This document shows, piece after piece, positions 62,991 to 64,000 of a DNA stretch of 64,000 nucleotides (its first letter is position 1; each line of letters starts with the position of its first letter). The notes beneath the pieces are model-generated. The model was not told the DNA's origin. It worked only from the letters and a program-made list of their open reading frames with translations, and did not search any database. Made by a program: the position numbers and the translations under genes. The DNA is from Carcharhinus longimanus (Eukaryota): assembly GCA_030264375.1 (NCBI GenBank), contig JASCQW010000027.1:47081579-47145578 (forward strand). The letters are read 5' to 3'.

Positions 62991-63192
62991 AAAAGCAAAT
63001 TACTGCGGAGGTTGGAATCTGAAACCAAAAGAGGAAATGCTGGAAAATCCCAGCAGGTCTAACAGCATCTGTAAGGAGAGAAAAGAGCTGATGTTTCAAT
63101 TCCAGATGACCCTTTGCCTTGAAACGTCAGCTCTTTTCTCTCCTGACAGATGCTGCCAAACCTGCTGAAATTTTCCTATATTTTGTTTTTGG
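62991..63192. mobile_element. Palindromic Penelope-terminus element
   Basis: Inverted arms about 63025-63099 and 63119-63192; GAAACGTC at 63121-63128. Confidence 0.8.
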
Positions 63193-63489
63193 TGTTCAAG
63201 TTCCATTTCGGTATTCTTCATTACAGGGATAATCCTATGAACAACTACAATACTATTATATGTTCAGTCTTTAACGTCATAAAAGTCCCTAGGTGCATCA
63301 CAGAAGCTCTGTGAAGCAAAATTTGACACAGAACGTCACAAGGTGATTTTGTGGCCAATGGCTAATTACTTGTTACGTGGATAAATTTTAAGGAGTACCT
63401 TAAAGGACAGAGAGGTGGAGGGTTTTTGAATGGGAATTCCAGAGCTTAGGTCCTAGACATATTAAGGCACAGCCATCACTGATGTTTTA

Positions 63490-63846
63490 GGTGAGGTGAT
63501 GGCCGAGTGGAATTATCACTAGACTATTAATCCAGAAACTCAGTTAATGTTCTGAGGACCCGGGTTCGAAGTCCACCACGGCAGATGGTGGAATTGAATT
63601 CAATAAAACAAAAATCTGGAATTAAGAATCTACTGATAACCATGAAACCGTTGTCAATTGTCAGAAAAACCCATCCAGTTCACTAATGCCCTTTAGGGAA
63701 GGAAATCTGCTGTCTTTACCTGGTCTGGCCTACATGTGACTCCAGAGCCACAGCAATGTGGTTGGCTCTCAACAGCCCTTGGGCAATTAGGGATGGGCAA
63801 TAAATGTTGGCCAGCCTGTGACACCCAGTCCCATTGAATGAATAAA
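63490..63846 (+). mobile_element. SINE family B, full length
   Basis: ggtgaggtgatggccgagtgg...gggttcgaagtcc head; gaatgaataaa tail. Confidence 0.82.
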
Positions 63847-64000
63847 GAAAAAATTAACACTGGGGACGCTGGAAATTGGGGGGAGGGGAGGGGAGGTACA
63901 CAGCCACTCTGTCTGATATCAGTGGGGAGAGGGAGGAGGGGAAGAGGCCACAATTGGTCTGGGTGGCAGGTGGGTGGGGGGATAAGGGGGTCAGTAAGTT

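Overview
This is eukaryotic genomic DNA, most likely from a shark or other elasmobranch (HE1-type SINEs, CR1/HER1-type LINE tails, Penelope-derived elements), in a gapped draft assembly. The window lies entirely inside the MMS22L gene (+ strand). I could place seven consecutive internal coding exons with GT-AG boundaries and consistent phases: 7693-7872, 12717-12779, 14302-14421, 17077-17303, 18716-19225, 60401-60591 and 62613-62763. One intron is very large (19226-60400, about 41 kb). The rest is intronic: CR1/L2/Rex-Babar/Penelope fragments, several SINE families, GC-rich TIR elements and a probable solo LTR. There are also two decayed tRNA genes (Cys-GCA and intron-containing Tyr-GTA), each followed directly by a SINE. 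Repeat-poor blocks in the large intron look like conserved non-coding enhancers. The most interesting signals are the repeated tRNA+SINE tandem arrangement, palindromic Penelope-terminus elements with hammerhead-ribozyme cores, and a candidate frameshifting poison exon inside a CNE-like block. I did not demonstrate a new biological system. Family names come from recalled consensus sequences, not searches, and repeat boundaries are approximate.
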